Assembly (NCBI GenBank): GCA_964465795.1
Contig: CAYXLD010000001.1
Span: 5,127 to 69,126 of the forward strand
DNA from: Candidatus Woesearchaeota archaeon
GTDB lineage: Archaea; Nanobdellota; Nanobdellia; Pacearchaeales; GW2011-AR1
DNA: 64,000 nucleotides
Direction of reading: 5' to 3'
Shown one piece after another: positions 46,815 through 58,300 of the stretch. A program made the translations under genes and the position numbers. The notes beneath the pieces are model-generated. The model was not told the DNA's origin and did not search any database. It saw only the letters and a list, made by a program, of their open reading frames with translations. How positions within the stretch are numbered: the stretch's first letter is position 1; each line of letters opens with the position of its first letter.

Positions 46815-48913
46815 CTAATTTAAGCAAGAAAGTTCGTCTTCTGTAGAGTCAGCGCCTTCTTCAGGGTAAGGTACAGGAGGAGAATTTCCCCCTTTGAAAA
46901 GATGATTGAGTAAATAAACAGAGTCAGTTAAACTAACGCCTCCTGAATCATCAACATCTGCCGCGTCTAAACACATTGGCTCTTCTCCACCTTGGAATAG
47001 ATAGCTCAATATTCCAACGGCATCAGATATATCAATTTTATTATCTCTATTTAAATCTCCTCTAATAAATTTCTTAATTTCAGTACAAACATCAGTTTCA
47101 ATATAAATTTCTCCATAAACCTGTTCATCAGGATAATTAATAAAGGCGGTTTTCTGGTCAGAATCAATGGAGTCTATTGTAACAATAGTGCCATATATAT
47201 CTGCCTCTTTTGTCTTTGTACTTTCACTAGCCAGTGCAATAGCGCCCCATTCTTTATCATTACTCCAAGTTCTAATAACTTCATTAATTCCTATTCCATC
47301 ATCTCCAGAATTTCCAGGCTCTAAAGTAACAATCAGGCCGTTAAGTATATCTTTATTATCTTTTTCTTCAAAAATTACTAATGAAGGATAGATAATCTCT
47401 GCTGTATTTTTAGAATTAGTCAAATAAACCTCTATTTTATCTTTGGTGCCGCTGCCTTTTATCTTATAATTAAATTCTGCAATTTTAACAGAAACAAAAC
47501 TATTTTTATCAAGAATATTTATTTTATTAGATACCACGCCACTAATAACATCCCATGAACCTCTGCCATTGTCTTTAAATGTAATAAAGGTATAGCCATC
47601 TCCATCAGGAAATCTAAGATCAGCCAATTTATTTCCGCCGCCATTCCAATTATTAAGATCAATAATCATTGGTTTATACAATGCAACTTGAGCCCCTTTG
47701 TTGCTTTTTATAGTAGGATATATTATAGCGCTTCCTAACCCTATGCTATCAGGATAATTTATTCTAATACTATTGCCATCATCAGATGAAATGCCCTCAT
47801 AACTTACTATATAGTCTTTTCCACCAACGCTGACAGTGCTCAATCCTTCAGCAGTAATTCTTGCATCAATAGTATCTCCTGAGAAAACATTTATAAATTC
47901 TATATTATCATTTGCAGTGCCCATTTGATTCGTTATTGCAGAAACTTTCAAAAGTCTGCCATTATCATCATTACCTATAATAACTAATTCATTTCTCAAA
48001 ATCTTTTCATTTTCAAAAACATGAATTTTTTTTCCATCCAGAGTTTCTAAATCAATAGCATTTCCAGGTTTAACCATAGCTCACTGGAACGCTTTTTCAT
48101 ATCCTTCGTAATCTTTCATTCTTAAAATCATTAGGCTATCTCCATTATTTCTAATAACAAAATCTTCTCTTAAAGAAGTATCATCTTCACCTATGTTTAA
48201 TCTTTTAAAATCAATTCGGAAAGTGCCGAATACAGGATCAATAAAAACATTCCTTGCCGGCGGGAATGTTAAAGTAAGAGCATCTTCATCCGAATCAGGC
48301 GCAATTATACTAAGTACTATTTTTGTGGTTGCAATCGGACCTCCTTCGATCATCACAGATGTACCCTCAATAAATCCTTCATCGATACCTTTCAAAACTC
48401 CTCCGCCATTATTATAAAAAAATAGAGGGATATTATCTTCACCAAGTAAAACAATTCTTTCATTATTAGTTAATGGTGAAATGCTGAATTTTTTTCCAAA
48501 TATTTTGATATCCTTTCCTGTAGATTTTGTAAAGTCAACAGCCCTGCTAAAGGTAATAGAAACCTTATAAAAGTAGTTATTTTCTACAGTGCTCAATCTC
48601 AATCCAAAACTAGGGCCATCAGAACTTGTAGGTTGTTTAGCAAAAATAATTTTAGGATAAGAACCAATTTCTATACCTTGAACATATTCTGCTGCAACAT
48701 TCCCAAAAAAACTGCCTTTTTTTAAAAGAGCAGGCAATTCATTACTATTAATGATGGATTTGACGCTATTCAACGGTTCATTTAAATAAATTTTATTGGC
48801 TGCGGCAAATAAAGGCGTTACCTCTCCAGTACATACGGCCTGTGCAAAAACTCCACTAATAAAAAATATTCCTATTAATCCAGAGAAAAAATAATATAAG
48901 CCCTCTTTTCATA
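46815..48913 (-). pseudogene. Dockerin-domain secreted protein. The body is the two track ORFs 48081..48773 and 46815..48077, separated by an in-frame TGA at 48081-48083. The N-terminal signal peptide lies in other frames.
   Basis: C-terminal tandem dockerin repeats DLNRDNKIDISDAVGILSYL and DVDDSGGVSLTDSVYLLNHL. The ATG at 48913 gives MKRGL..., then a signal-peptide-like ...LIGIFFISGVFAQ in a second frame, then the main frame. Frame switches coincide with an A6 run (48887-48892) and a CCC run (48839-48841). Confidence 0.5.
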
Positions 48914-48956
48914 ATCTAAAAAAGGAAATTTCATATATATATCTTTCTAATTTTAG

Positions 48957-49950
48957 ATACAGTAAACTTATAGTCAATTATGCTTAGCTACATAAGCTAT
49001 AAGTTCTAGTAGTTTATTCCTTCCAAGATCAAGTTTTATCTCCGCCATTTCTGCTGGTGTTTTATCTTTCAATTCTTGATGTGGATTTACAAAATTGTTC
49101 ATGATTCTTTGCAAATTCATAAATGATTTTGCATATTCAAAACTCTTGAATTCTCCTCTCCTTGCATTCATTCTGTCTTTCAATTTTCCATTATATCTTT
49201 CAATTGGATTGTTATTATGTTTCAATCCATATTTTTTACATGCAATTGGAACACCAAATTATAGTTTAGCAACTCTGTAAAAAAGATTATTAAATGCATT
49301 TCTGTAATTTTCAAAACCATCTGAAACAAAAATTATTCTTTTATCTATTTTCATAAATTTCTTTATGTAATATCTTGCAAGCATTTGATTATAGCAAGTT
49401 TCTTTTATCTGGGAAAGAAACTTAATGCAGTTTTCTTCATCTATTTTATCGACGAATAAATGAGCAGTTACAAACTTTGTTTTGCTGTCAATACAATTTA
49501 GGTCAAAACAATCTTCTCCATCAACCTTGACATATTTTTCATCGTAATGCTGTCTTCCTTTTAGTTTTGGCTCTAGTAGATTTATCTGATTTTAAAAAAA
49601 AGGAATATTTTTTTATCCATCGACTAATTGTTCTTTTAGTCACTTTTATTCCATCATGCTGCCACAAATGGTCTTTCACATCAAACAAGGACAACCCTTC
49701 GTTGTGCAAGGATATTGCACGTGCAATATCCTTTTTATTATATCTCATTTTTTTGAATCCATCTTCTTCCACAAACCATGTTCCACAATCATTGCATAAA
49801 TATTTTTGCTTATCTCCAGTTTTGTTCTTTCTAAAACCCTCTTTCATCACGTTTTTGTTTTTACACTTAGAACATCTCAATTCCATGATACTCCTCCCAA
49901 AAAAGGAGGTTTATCAACTATATAAGCCTGACGATAAGTATACTATATCC
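48957..49950 (-). mobile_element. IS6-family insertion sequence (~994 bp) with imperfect 22-bp terminal inverted repeats, an 8-bp target-site duplication TAATTTTA, and a decayed transposase
   Basis: IR at 48957-48978 (gatacagtaaacttatagtcaa) matches the reverse complement of 49928-49949 (gatatagtatacttatcgtcag) at 18/22 positions. Direct repeats taatttta lie at 48949-48956 and 49951-49958. The transposase shows the N-terminal Zn-ribbon/HTH ORF (49539..49886), the DDE region HYDEKYVKVDGEDCFDLNCIDSKTKF in a +1 frame, and the C-terminal NNPIERYNGKLKDR ORF (48974..49225). Confidence 0.7.
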
Positions 49951-49955
49951 TAATT

Positions 49956-52304
49956 TTAATAAATCACACCGCCATAATCATCTTCATAAGGCAACTCAAT
50001 CTTCCCTAGTTCTCGCAAATCATCCAAATAATTAGCCTTAATTTTCGCCATCGATAGAGTATATAAAATATCACCAATGTATAAACTTCTCTGAACTTGA
50101 TTCTTATAGTCATAATAAGGATTATGATTTATTCCCCCTGGTAATGAATCAATCATCTCATTACTCCAAATATTTTCATAATTTTCATGATAAGATTTCG
50201 TGGCTGTTTCAGGGGCGTACAATTCTGTATTATTGCTCTCCCATTTATCCTCCCAAATCTTAGTCCATGTCTCTCCACTATATCCCGCTCTCTTTGCCCC
50301 TATCAGCTCTTCAGAAGCAGGTCCATACTTTTTTATATCATCAAAATGAGTTATCTGTCCTTTAACTTTAATATAATCTTCTTTTATATCGAAAACATAT
50401 GCTCCCTGCCAGACAGTTTCTCCATAAGCCAATTCAGGTCTCTCATGGTTTTGGGAATTTATTTTAGCCAAAGAAATAGGCAATACAAGCAAATTCCTTT
50501 TTTTATCAAATAAAAATGCTTTATGGTCATATAATGCATTACTATCTGTTCCTCTGTCTCCAATAATGATCTTGGCGCTTTCCTTAGGATTTGCCACATC
50601 CCTAACATCAAATATAGCAATCTTCAGCCCTTGATTAATAACAAAATCTCTGGTAGAATCAGAAACCTCTAAAGTATCTTTTCCTATCCCTATAATATGA
50701 TTCTCGTCATAAGCGTGCAAGTAATCAGAATACCCTGGAATCTTCAAATATCCTAAAACTTTAGGTTCTTGAACATCAGACAAATCAATCACATAAAAAG
50801 GATCAATATTCTTAAAAGTCACTAAATAAGCTCTGTCTCCAATAAATCTTGCAGAATAAATTCTCTCTCCAGGAGCCAAATCTTCAACTTTGCCAATAAC
50901 TTCCAAATTATCATTTAATATATAAACATTATTTTTGCTATTTTCGCTCCAAAATTCCCCAGAAGTCGTGGCTATTCTAAAATATCTATTATTCTCATCC
51001 ATAAAAAATTGATTTAGAACAGTTCCTTTAACTTCTCCTTCGGTCAAGTATTCAATTTCCTCTTCATCAACTCTAATCTTATGAATAACAGTCTTCTCTC
51101 TTTGTTCCCTCAATTCTCTTATAAAATAATTCATGCCTTCATATAATCTCTCATCAAAATTAGATTTAGCCTCCCCACCCAAAGAGCCGGAATAATCAAG
51201 AATAACTTTATTTATTTTGCTGTTCTTTTCATGAAAAGAATCTTTGGAATTTAATACATTTTCTATCTTTATTTTTTCATCAGCTGGAACAATAGGCAAA
51301 ACAACCTGCTCAATCATATCTTCAAAATAATCTCTTTCATTCAAAAATTTAGTGTAAGTCAGATAAATATTTTCACTAGATACATATAAGTTATTGCTCG
51401 CTCCAGTCAAATAAACTTTGCTATTGACCTTTCCATTTTTTATATTTATCGAATTTATAGTATTAAATGTATATCCATAATCCCAATAATCAAAATAATA
51501 AAGATCGTTTATAGCCAATCTTTCTTCAGCACCATTTATTTTTAGCATAGGCATTATAGGATTATCATTATTAACATATTTAGAGCCAATAATATAAACA
51601 TAATCTCCAATCATCCTGGAGTTTATATATTGGCCTTCGATGCTAATTTCTTTATCTAATTTAGGCTTAGTTCTATCACTTATATCATAAATATAAGCAT
51701 AAATGATAGATTCTCCGCCATAATAAGGAGGGAATATTGCTATATCAACAGCAGCTTCTTGTAATTTTGTTTCCTGATCTGAATTTATTGTTTCATATCC
51801 TTGGGCAAAAACAATAAGTCTATCTTCATTAACAAATATTCCCAATAAACTTTTATCCACAAATTCAACTTTACTAATAATTCTCATATCAGAAGCAGGG
51901 AGAGCATTAACAATAACAATCTTATTACCTGCAATATCATAAATGTAATTTCCGTCATTTTTAACTAAATCTGCTTCATCAACTCCTTCCACTTGAACAT
52001 TAGTTTGAGAATAGTCGCTTGCTTTTGCTCCAGACCCTGATTCAGCAGTAATACTTGCCCCATCTCTTTGAAGAAAACTTCTATCTATTGAAGGCAGTGC
52101 TCTTTGTGCAATCTCAAAATTCCCTAAATCCTGGCTCTCTTTCAAAAATTCCTTCAATTCAAAATAAGAATTAAAACTCCTAATTTTATTATTATAAACA
52201 ATTTCATCGCTAGTTTTTGAGTCAAAAACCGATATTGCTATCATAACTAAAACAAAAATTAATAAAACTGCAACAATGCCTATGTTCTTTGTTTCATCTT
52301 TCAT
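49956..52304 (-). CDS. Secreted/anchored beta-propeller-domain protein
   Basis: N-terminal TM or signal segment, then repeated beta-strand-rich motifs (QVEGVDEADLVKNDGNYIY, YVYIIGS, GDRAYLVTF...). Resembles the 'beta propeller domain' secreted-protein family. Its stop codon lies inside the IS target-site duplication. Confidence 0.45.
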   Translation of the reverse strand: MKDETKNIGIVAVLLIFVLVMIAISVFDSKTSDEIVYNNKIRSFNSYFELKEFLKESQDLGNFEIAQRALPSIDRSFLQRDGASITAESGSGAKASDYSQTNVQVEGVDEADLVKNDGNYIYDIAGNKIVIVNALPASDMRIISKVEFVDKSLLGIFVNEDRLIVFAQGYETINSDQETKLQEAAVDIAIFPPYYGGESIIYAYIYDISDRTKPKLDKEISIEGQYINSRMIGDYVYIIGSKYVNNDNPIMPMLKINGAEERLAINDLYYFDYWDYGYTFNTINSINIKNGKVNSKVYLTGASNNLYVSSENIYLTYTKFLNERDYFEDMIEQVVLPIVPADEKIKIENVLNSKDSFHEKNSKINKVILDYSGSLGGEAKSNFDERLYEGMNYFIRELREQREKTVIHKIRVDEEEIEYLTEGEVKGTVLNQFFMDENNRYFRIATTSGEFWSENSKNNVYILNDNLEVIGKVEDLAPGERIYSARFIGDRAYLVTFKNIDPFYVIDLSDVQEPKVLGYLKIPGYSDYLHAYDENHIIGIGKDTLEVSDSTRDFVINQGLKIAIFDVRDVANPKESAKIIIGDRGTDSNALYDHKAFLFDKKRNLLVLPISLAKINSQNHERPELAYGETVWQGAYVFDIKEDYIKVKGQITHFDDIKKYGPASEELIGAKRAGYSGETWTKIWEDKWESNNTELYAPETATKSYHENYENIWSNEMIDSLPGGINHNPYYDYKNQVQRSLYIGDILYTLSMAKIKANYLDDLRELGKIELPYEDDYGGVIY

Positions 52305-52382
52305 TTTAATTAAAAAATCTCCTTATATTTAAATAATTCTTTAAGTTCAATCCTCTTTGAACAATATCTAGTTTTCCAATAA

Positions 52383-52967
52383 TCATCTTTTCCTCCAGAA
52401 GTTTAATATTAAAAAAACCAGCAGTGCGAATAATGCTCCGGCAAAAAACAAAAGCCAAACGTTTTGAGCTATAACCATTATGCTATCATTAACTCCTGCA
52501 TCAGCCGCCAAAAAAGAGCTGGCTTCAGCAGATTTTTCCATAGCTAAACCTCTTACCATCTGCTCTCCGCCAACTACATCTGCTGCTTTCTCTAATTTAC
52601 TATCAGTCCATATCTTTATCCCAAAAGCAATCGCTCCAGATATCAAAACACTAGGTATAATTCCCCTCATCATCCTTCTGGGAGAAATAACTATTTTCTT
52701 ATTTGAAATTCTATATTTATAAATTCTTTTCCCTTTAATACTCCATAAAAATCTCTTTGTTTTATCTATCAGCCCAGATTCCTCAAGTTTTCTTATATTA
52801 TACTCAATAGTATTAAGAGGAAGTTTTAAATTATTTGAAATCTCGCTCTCGCTTAATTCGCTATTGCTTAACAATCCCAATATTTTCTTGGCAGTTTTAT
52901 TCGAAATTACATCAGCAATCTTCCCTGTTCTTGGGTCATCTAAATCAATCATTATCGAATTTGACAT
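52383..52967 (-). CDS. Membrane-anchored winged-helix (ArsR-like) transcriptional regulator
   Basis: N-terminal HTH (LSESEISNNLKLPLNTIEYNIRKLEESGLIDK), then two TM helices (IIPSVLISGAIAFGI...; LFFAGALFALLVFLILNFW). Immediately upstream of the beta-propeller gene. Confidence 0.5.
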   Translation of the reverse strand: MSNSIMIDLDDPRTGKIADVISNKTAKKILGLLSNSELSESEISNNLKLPLNTIEYNIRKLEESGLIDKTKRFLWSIKGKRIYKYRISNKKIVISPRRMMRGIIPSVLISGAIAFGIKIWTDSKLEKAADVVGGEQMVRGLAMEKSAEASSFLAADAGVNDSIMVIAQNVWLLFFAGALFALLVFLILNFWRKR

Positions 52968-53090
52968 AATAAATAAAATATTCCCGGCTTTTTAAATCCA
53001 GTTAAAACTTCAAATATCTTTGAATCTAAAAAAATAAAATATATTATAAAAAACAATTATGCTTAAAAGCTAACAACTATAATTCCTCTA

Positions 53091-53930
53091 ATGAAAAAGC
53101 GAGTGATATTAATGGCAGGTTTTACTTTTCTTGCCTGCTTATTAACGCAGGTATCCGCATTAAATGCTGATTTTGCAATATACACTGGTTCAGGCACTTG
53201 GGAGCATAGTGTATCCGCATTTGAAAATTTTTTGGAGTGGAAAAATTTAACTTATGAGGAAATAAATTCATGGAATTTAAATCACAATTCTCTCATTGGA
53301 AATTACAAAGCAATTTTCTTTCCTGGAGGTTGGGCATATAATTATAAAAAGTCTATACATTCTTCAGGCAATCAAAACATTAGAGACTTTATTTCATCAG
53401 GAGGAGCATATATAGGAATGAGTGCAGGCGCTTATTTCGCTTGTGATAATGTTCGCTGGGAAAATCAAGACTACCCTTATTATTTAAACCTGTTTCATGG
53501 AGATTGTATAGGCCCTATTGAAGAGATCGCTCCTTGGCCAAATTATGTGATGACAACAATGTCAATAAACAAAAATCATGAAGCAAATATTTATGAGCCC
53601 ATGGCTGAAGATTTTCTATATTATGGAGAGCCGTATTTCATCCCCTATCAAAATCAGGAAATGCAGATACTGGCATCTTGGAATGTAATATCAAATCCAG
53701 CAGCAGATAAAGCTCCTGGAATCATAGGTTTTAACTATGGGCAGGGAAGAGTCCTGCTAATTGGTCCTCATCCTGAAATCGAAGAAGATTCTGATAGAGA
53801 TGGAAATAATTTTGGCGAAGAATTAAATGATAATGGTTCAGACTGGCCATTTCTTTGGACAGCAGTTGATTGGCTATTAAAAAAATCTATCTCGCGGCCG
53901 CCTGAATTTCCACAGGGACAGCCCCCATAA
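53091..53930 (+). CDS. Secreted protein with a class-I glutamine-amidotransferase-like/BPL_N-like fold (hypothetical)
   Basis: Signal peptide MKKRVILMAGFTFLACLLTQVSALNA. GGWAYN...GGAYIGMSAGAYFACD is reminiscent of GATase1-like hydrolases. Confidence 0.35.
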   Translation: MKKRVILMAGFTFLACLLTQVSALNADFAIYTGSGTWEHSVSAFENFLEWKNLTYEEINSWNLNHNSLIGNYKAIFFPGGWAYNYKKSIHSSGNQNIRDFISSGGAYIGMSAGAYFACDNVRWENQDYPYYLNLFHGDCIGPIEEIAPWPNYVMTTMSINKNHEANIYEPMAEDFLYYGEPYFIPYQNQEMQILASWNVISNPAADKAPGIIGFNYGQGRVLLIGPHPEIEEDSDRDGNNFGEELNDNGSDWPFLWTAVDWLLKKSISRPPEFPQGQPP

Positions 53931-54700
53931 TAAACGATACTATTGCACCAATAATTCATTCTTTTTCAGACTCCCCTGATCCTCTAACAGCAGGAGCAAT
54001 CCTAACAATAAAAGCCAATATTACAGACAATATTGCAATCAACACAGTAAAAGTTAATATCTTAGATATCTTCTACCAAATGTCATTAGAACGGGACCAA
54101 TCTGCAACAATCTTATTCGATAATTTCGAATCAGGTTCTCTATCTGGCTGGACAACTTCAGCAGTATCAGGCGGACAAAAATGGACTGCATCTACAACTA
54201 ATCCTTTCCAAGGTTCATGGCATGCCCAGTCTCAACCTCGCTCAACTTCTGAACCAGCATCAACCTTAGAAAAAACAATCCCAACAACAAACTATCAAGG
54301 CATATCAATAAAATACACCAGAAAACTAATTGGCCTAGACGCAGCAGATGAATTCAAAGCAAAATGGTTTGATGGAATAAAATGGAATATTCTAGAACAA
54401 ACAGGGTCAAATTCAGCTAATGACGCCCCATACATACAAAAGTCATTCTCTCTGCCCCAAACAGCAAACAATAATCCAAATTTCAAAATAAAATTTGAAT
54501 GCACAGCAGGAGCAGTATCAGAATATTGCAGAATAGATAATGTAAATATTTCTGCCTCAAGTTCCCCAACAGGACTCTACATATACAAATTTAACACATC
54601 CAATTTAATAAATGACACTTATGCCTACACAATCTACGCCGAAGATACATCAAGTAACCAGCCAGCCCCGCAAGGTGGAGATTTTACGATAATTCTATAG
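53906..54700 (+). pseudogene. Start-less, rearranged fragment of a giant-surface-protein paralog: an Ig-like repeat fragment, then a copy of the conserved N-terminal domain, then another repeat fragment
   Basis: The frame is open from 53906 (after a TGA) with no Met until 54080. Reads ...DTIAPIIHSFSDSPDPLTAGAILTIKANITDNIAINTVKVNI..., then FDNFESGSLSGWTTSAVSGGQKWTASTTNPFQGSWHAQSQP...FECTAGAVSEYCRIDNV (same domain as aa 25-175 of the 1892-aa protein), then ...YIYKFNTSNLINDTYAYTIYAEDTSSN. Confidence 0.45.
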
Positions 54701-54727
54701 AAAAAATTATTTATTAAATTTAATGAA

Positions 54728-54994
54728 TTAAACTTTTGATTCCAATCCGAAAAAAGAACTTTCTTTCAATTTCTTAAATTCTAAAATATCTCTAAAATAG
54801 AAATCATTATCTACACTATGATTTTCTTCTAAAAATGGATCTACCTCATCTAATGAAATTCCCATACAATTAATCTCAGTAACATATCCGCTAGTTTCTC
54901 TTTGTTTCTTAAGAAAAAATGTTTGATATTTAATCAAAACATAATCTCCTAATCGAACATTATATAATAAATCTTTCAGTTTATCTTCATCCAT
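54728..54994 (-). CDS. Hypothetical 88-aa protein
   Basis: ORF only. Confidence 0.25.
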   Translation of the reverse strand: MDEDKLKDLLYNVRLGDYVLIKYQTFFLKKQRETSGYVTEINCMGISLDEVDPFLEENHSVDNDFYFRDILEFKKLKESSFFGLESKV

Positions 54995-55144
54995 ATTTTA
55001 CAAAATATAAAGGACTATATAAATTTTTATGTAATAAGTTCTCATAAATAGCAACCTATATAAATCCAAATTCTTTAAAATACTTATTAAGCATTGATGT
55101 ATATCATTAACGCTAAGCATTAATGCACAAAATAAAAGAGGAAA

Positions 55145-55357
55145 ATGAAAAAAACTAAAAAAGAGCTAGTCACTAATCTGTTAAAAAAAGACAATCAAGG
55201 GTTAACAATAATAGAAATCTCAAAAATATTAAAAATCTCTAGAAACACAGTTGCGGTTGCACTAGCCGAATTAAAAGGTGCTAATCTAATAAGAATAAGG
55301 CCAATTGGGAAAGCAAAATTACATTACTGGCTCAAAGAGAAGGAGATTAAAAAATGA
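55145..55357 (+). CDS. Small winged-helix transcriptional regulator (ArsR/MarR-like), overlapping the start of the giant surface-protein gene by 4 nt
   Basis: LTIIEISKILKISRNTVAVALAELKGANLIRIRPIGKAKLHYWL is an HTH plus wing. Its stop overlaps the downstream ATG (ATGA). Confidence 0.55.
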   Translation: MKKTKKELVTNLLKKDNQGLTIIEISKILKISRNTVAVALAELKGANLIRIRPIGKAKLHYWLKEKEIKK

Positions 55358-58300
55358 AAAAACAAATTACAATTGTTCTTCTTTTCCTATTTTTAATAAA
55401 TTTAGCTTCTGCAATAACAATATTCTCAGATGATTTTGAATCAGGAAATTTAAACGCATGGAATAAAACAAATGTAGCTGGAGCAAGAAATTGGACAGCC
55501 AATCAAACAAACCCCTTTCAAGGCTCATGGCATGCGCAATCCCAGCCAGAAAGCACAACAGAACCAGCAAGCGTTCTATCAATAAATATAAGCACATCGA
55601 ATTACCAAGATATAAGCATATTTTATTATCGTAGGCTTGTAGGCATTGATGCAGGGGATGAATTTCAGATGGAATGGTTTAATGGTACAACATGGGAAAT
55701 CTTAGAATCAACAGGAAGCTCATCAGCAAACAATGCAGTATATTTAGCAAGAAACTTTAATCTCTCATCTGTTGCAAACAATAATCAATATTTTCAAATA
55801 AAATTTGAATGTACAGCAGGAGCAACTTCAGAATACTGCAGAGTTGATAATGTAATAATAACAGGCAGCTCAATCCAAGATACTACTCTTCCAACAGTAA
55901 ACATAATTGCTCCAAGAAATAATACCATAACAACCTCAGCAATAAATAGCTTCAATGCTACATTTTCAGATAATATAGCCTTAATCAATACAACATACTA
56001 TTTATGGAATTCTACAAATTCTCTAATAAATATCACTGCTATAACGCTATCTGGCTTAGATGGAAGCATAAATTTAACAATAACATTCCCTTACGAGGAT
56101 AAGTTCACATGGAATTATTTAGCGGCAGATACTTCAAATAATTTCGCATATAATTTAACAAACTTCACAATTCTTTACGATGCAACACTGCCCTCAATAA
56201 ACTACACCATCCCAACTCAACAGTCAGGCACTATAAAAAATTCCAACTTCATAGAAATAAATATCACTGCGTCAGATTTATACTTGCAAGCACTAACAAT
56301 TCGTCTATTCAACTCAACAAAAGATCAAGTAAGAACAAACACCTCTACTAATTCCCCTTTCTATATAAACTATCTAAATCTTCAAGACGGGCTATATTTC
56401 TACAATTCATCAGCAAATGATACTGCAGGAAATACAAAAAATTTAGGAACAAGAAATATAACTATAGATACAACCCCTCCTTCAATAACAATATTAACAG
56501 AATCGCCACTAGATCCAACAACCTACTTTCAAAATAATATATATCAATTCAACGCAACAATAACAGACTTAACTCAAATACAATCAGTGAAATTAGAATT
56601 CAATGGAACAAATTACACGGCAGCAAATCCAGCAGGGAATACATATAACGTCTCTATTTCTAATCTCCCAGCTGGAGTTTTCAACTATAGATGGTTCGCA
56701 AACGATTCAGCAGGCAACACAAACAATTCAGAAACAGGCCCATATACGATAAACAAAGCTCAATCCCAGCTCAATCTTACATTAAACAATACTGAAGGAA
56801 ATATTACAATAATAGCCAGCACATCAATCATTCTAAACGGAACTCTAATCAGAGGTGACTCTCCAACTATTCTAAAATTATATAAAAACAGCACTCTAAT
56901 AAATGAAGGTCTTTCTCCGCTATATAATTTAACAAACTTCACAATTCAAGGATTATATAATATAACTATAATTTATACATCTAGCCAAAACTACACGGAG
57001 AATTCAAAAACCTATTATGTAAATGTAACATCTCAGCCAGATATAACTTCTCCTTACTTTACAGCAACTCCGGCTAATACAACAATAAATTACACTCAGG
57101 GCTTCCAAGTCAATTTTGAAGCATCAGATAATATAGCCATAGACAGTTTCTCAATCAATTGGACAACTAATTTCGAAATAAATAAAACAGGTTCTTTAAA
57201 AAACACAACAAAACTCTCTGCAGGAGCATATCTGATAAATGTATCTATCAATGATACCTCGGATAATAAAAATTCAACAATATATCAGGTTATTGTAAAT
57301 AAAATACCAAGCCAGGTAAATACCTTCCTAAACCATTCAAGATTAAATATAACAATACTGCAAAACACGGCAATATATCTAAACAGTACTCTTATTACTG
57401 GAGAAGGAATAATAAAATTATATAAGAATAACTCTTTAATAAATCAAGGGCAATCTCAGTTATCAAACCTAACCAATTTCACAACAATAGGCACATTTAA
57501 TATAACAACTATCTATGAAGAAACACAAAATTATTCATCAAATTTTGAGGCTTTTTACATTAAAGTTACGCAAACTCTAGATAACATCTCTCCATATTTC
57601 ACAGCAATTCCAGCAGACACAACAACAAGCTATCCTAACAATTTCGGAGTGGATTTTGATGCATCAGACAATAATGCAGTAGACAATTTCAGAATAAACT
57701 GGACAGATACATTCCAGATAAATCAATCTGGCTTTTTAAATAATACAAAGAATCTTGGAACAGGTTTCTATTTAATAAATATAACTATAAATGACACATC
57801 AAACAATTTAAACTCGACAATCTACTCTGTTAATATAACTCAAAATAATACATATGTTATATCAATATCTCTCTCGCCAGCATCATCAGTAATATATCCA
57901 ACGCAAACAACAACTGCAGGGAATAGCTGTCCTCAAGAACTATCATGTACTCTTTTCAGAAACAACATCTCAATAACAAATCCAGAAATAAAAACTCTGG
58001 GAGCAGAAACATACCATTACTTATACAACACAACAGGAAATACTAATTACTCCTCCAAAACAATAAGCTCATTGCTAATAATAAATCAAAACACAAGCTC
58101 CAACATTTCTTTATTTCTAAATAATACCCAAAACAATATAACAATAATAAATGGAACAAGTATCGATATTAACACTTCTTTGATTATAGGAACGGGTCAG
58201 ATAGAACTATATAAAAACAATACTCTGATTAATATAGGAAATTCATCCTTGCATAACTTAACATTGTTCAACACAATAAACTCATTCAATATAACTGCAA

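Noticed and set aside
46815-48083. Selenocysteine recoding at the in-frame TGA (48081-48083) joining the dockerin protein halves
   Set aside because: There is no selenoprotein context or Sec-machinery genes, and the same gene also has N-terminal frameshifts. A pseudogene or sequencing error is more parsimonious.
53768-53959. 63-aa minus-strand ORF
   Set aside because: Overlaps the 3' end of the secreted GATase-like gene and the open frame of the paralog fragment. No features.
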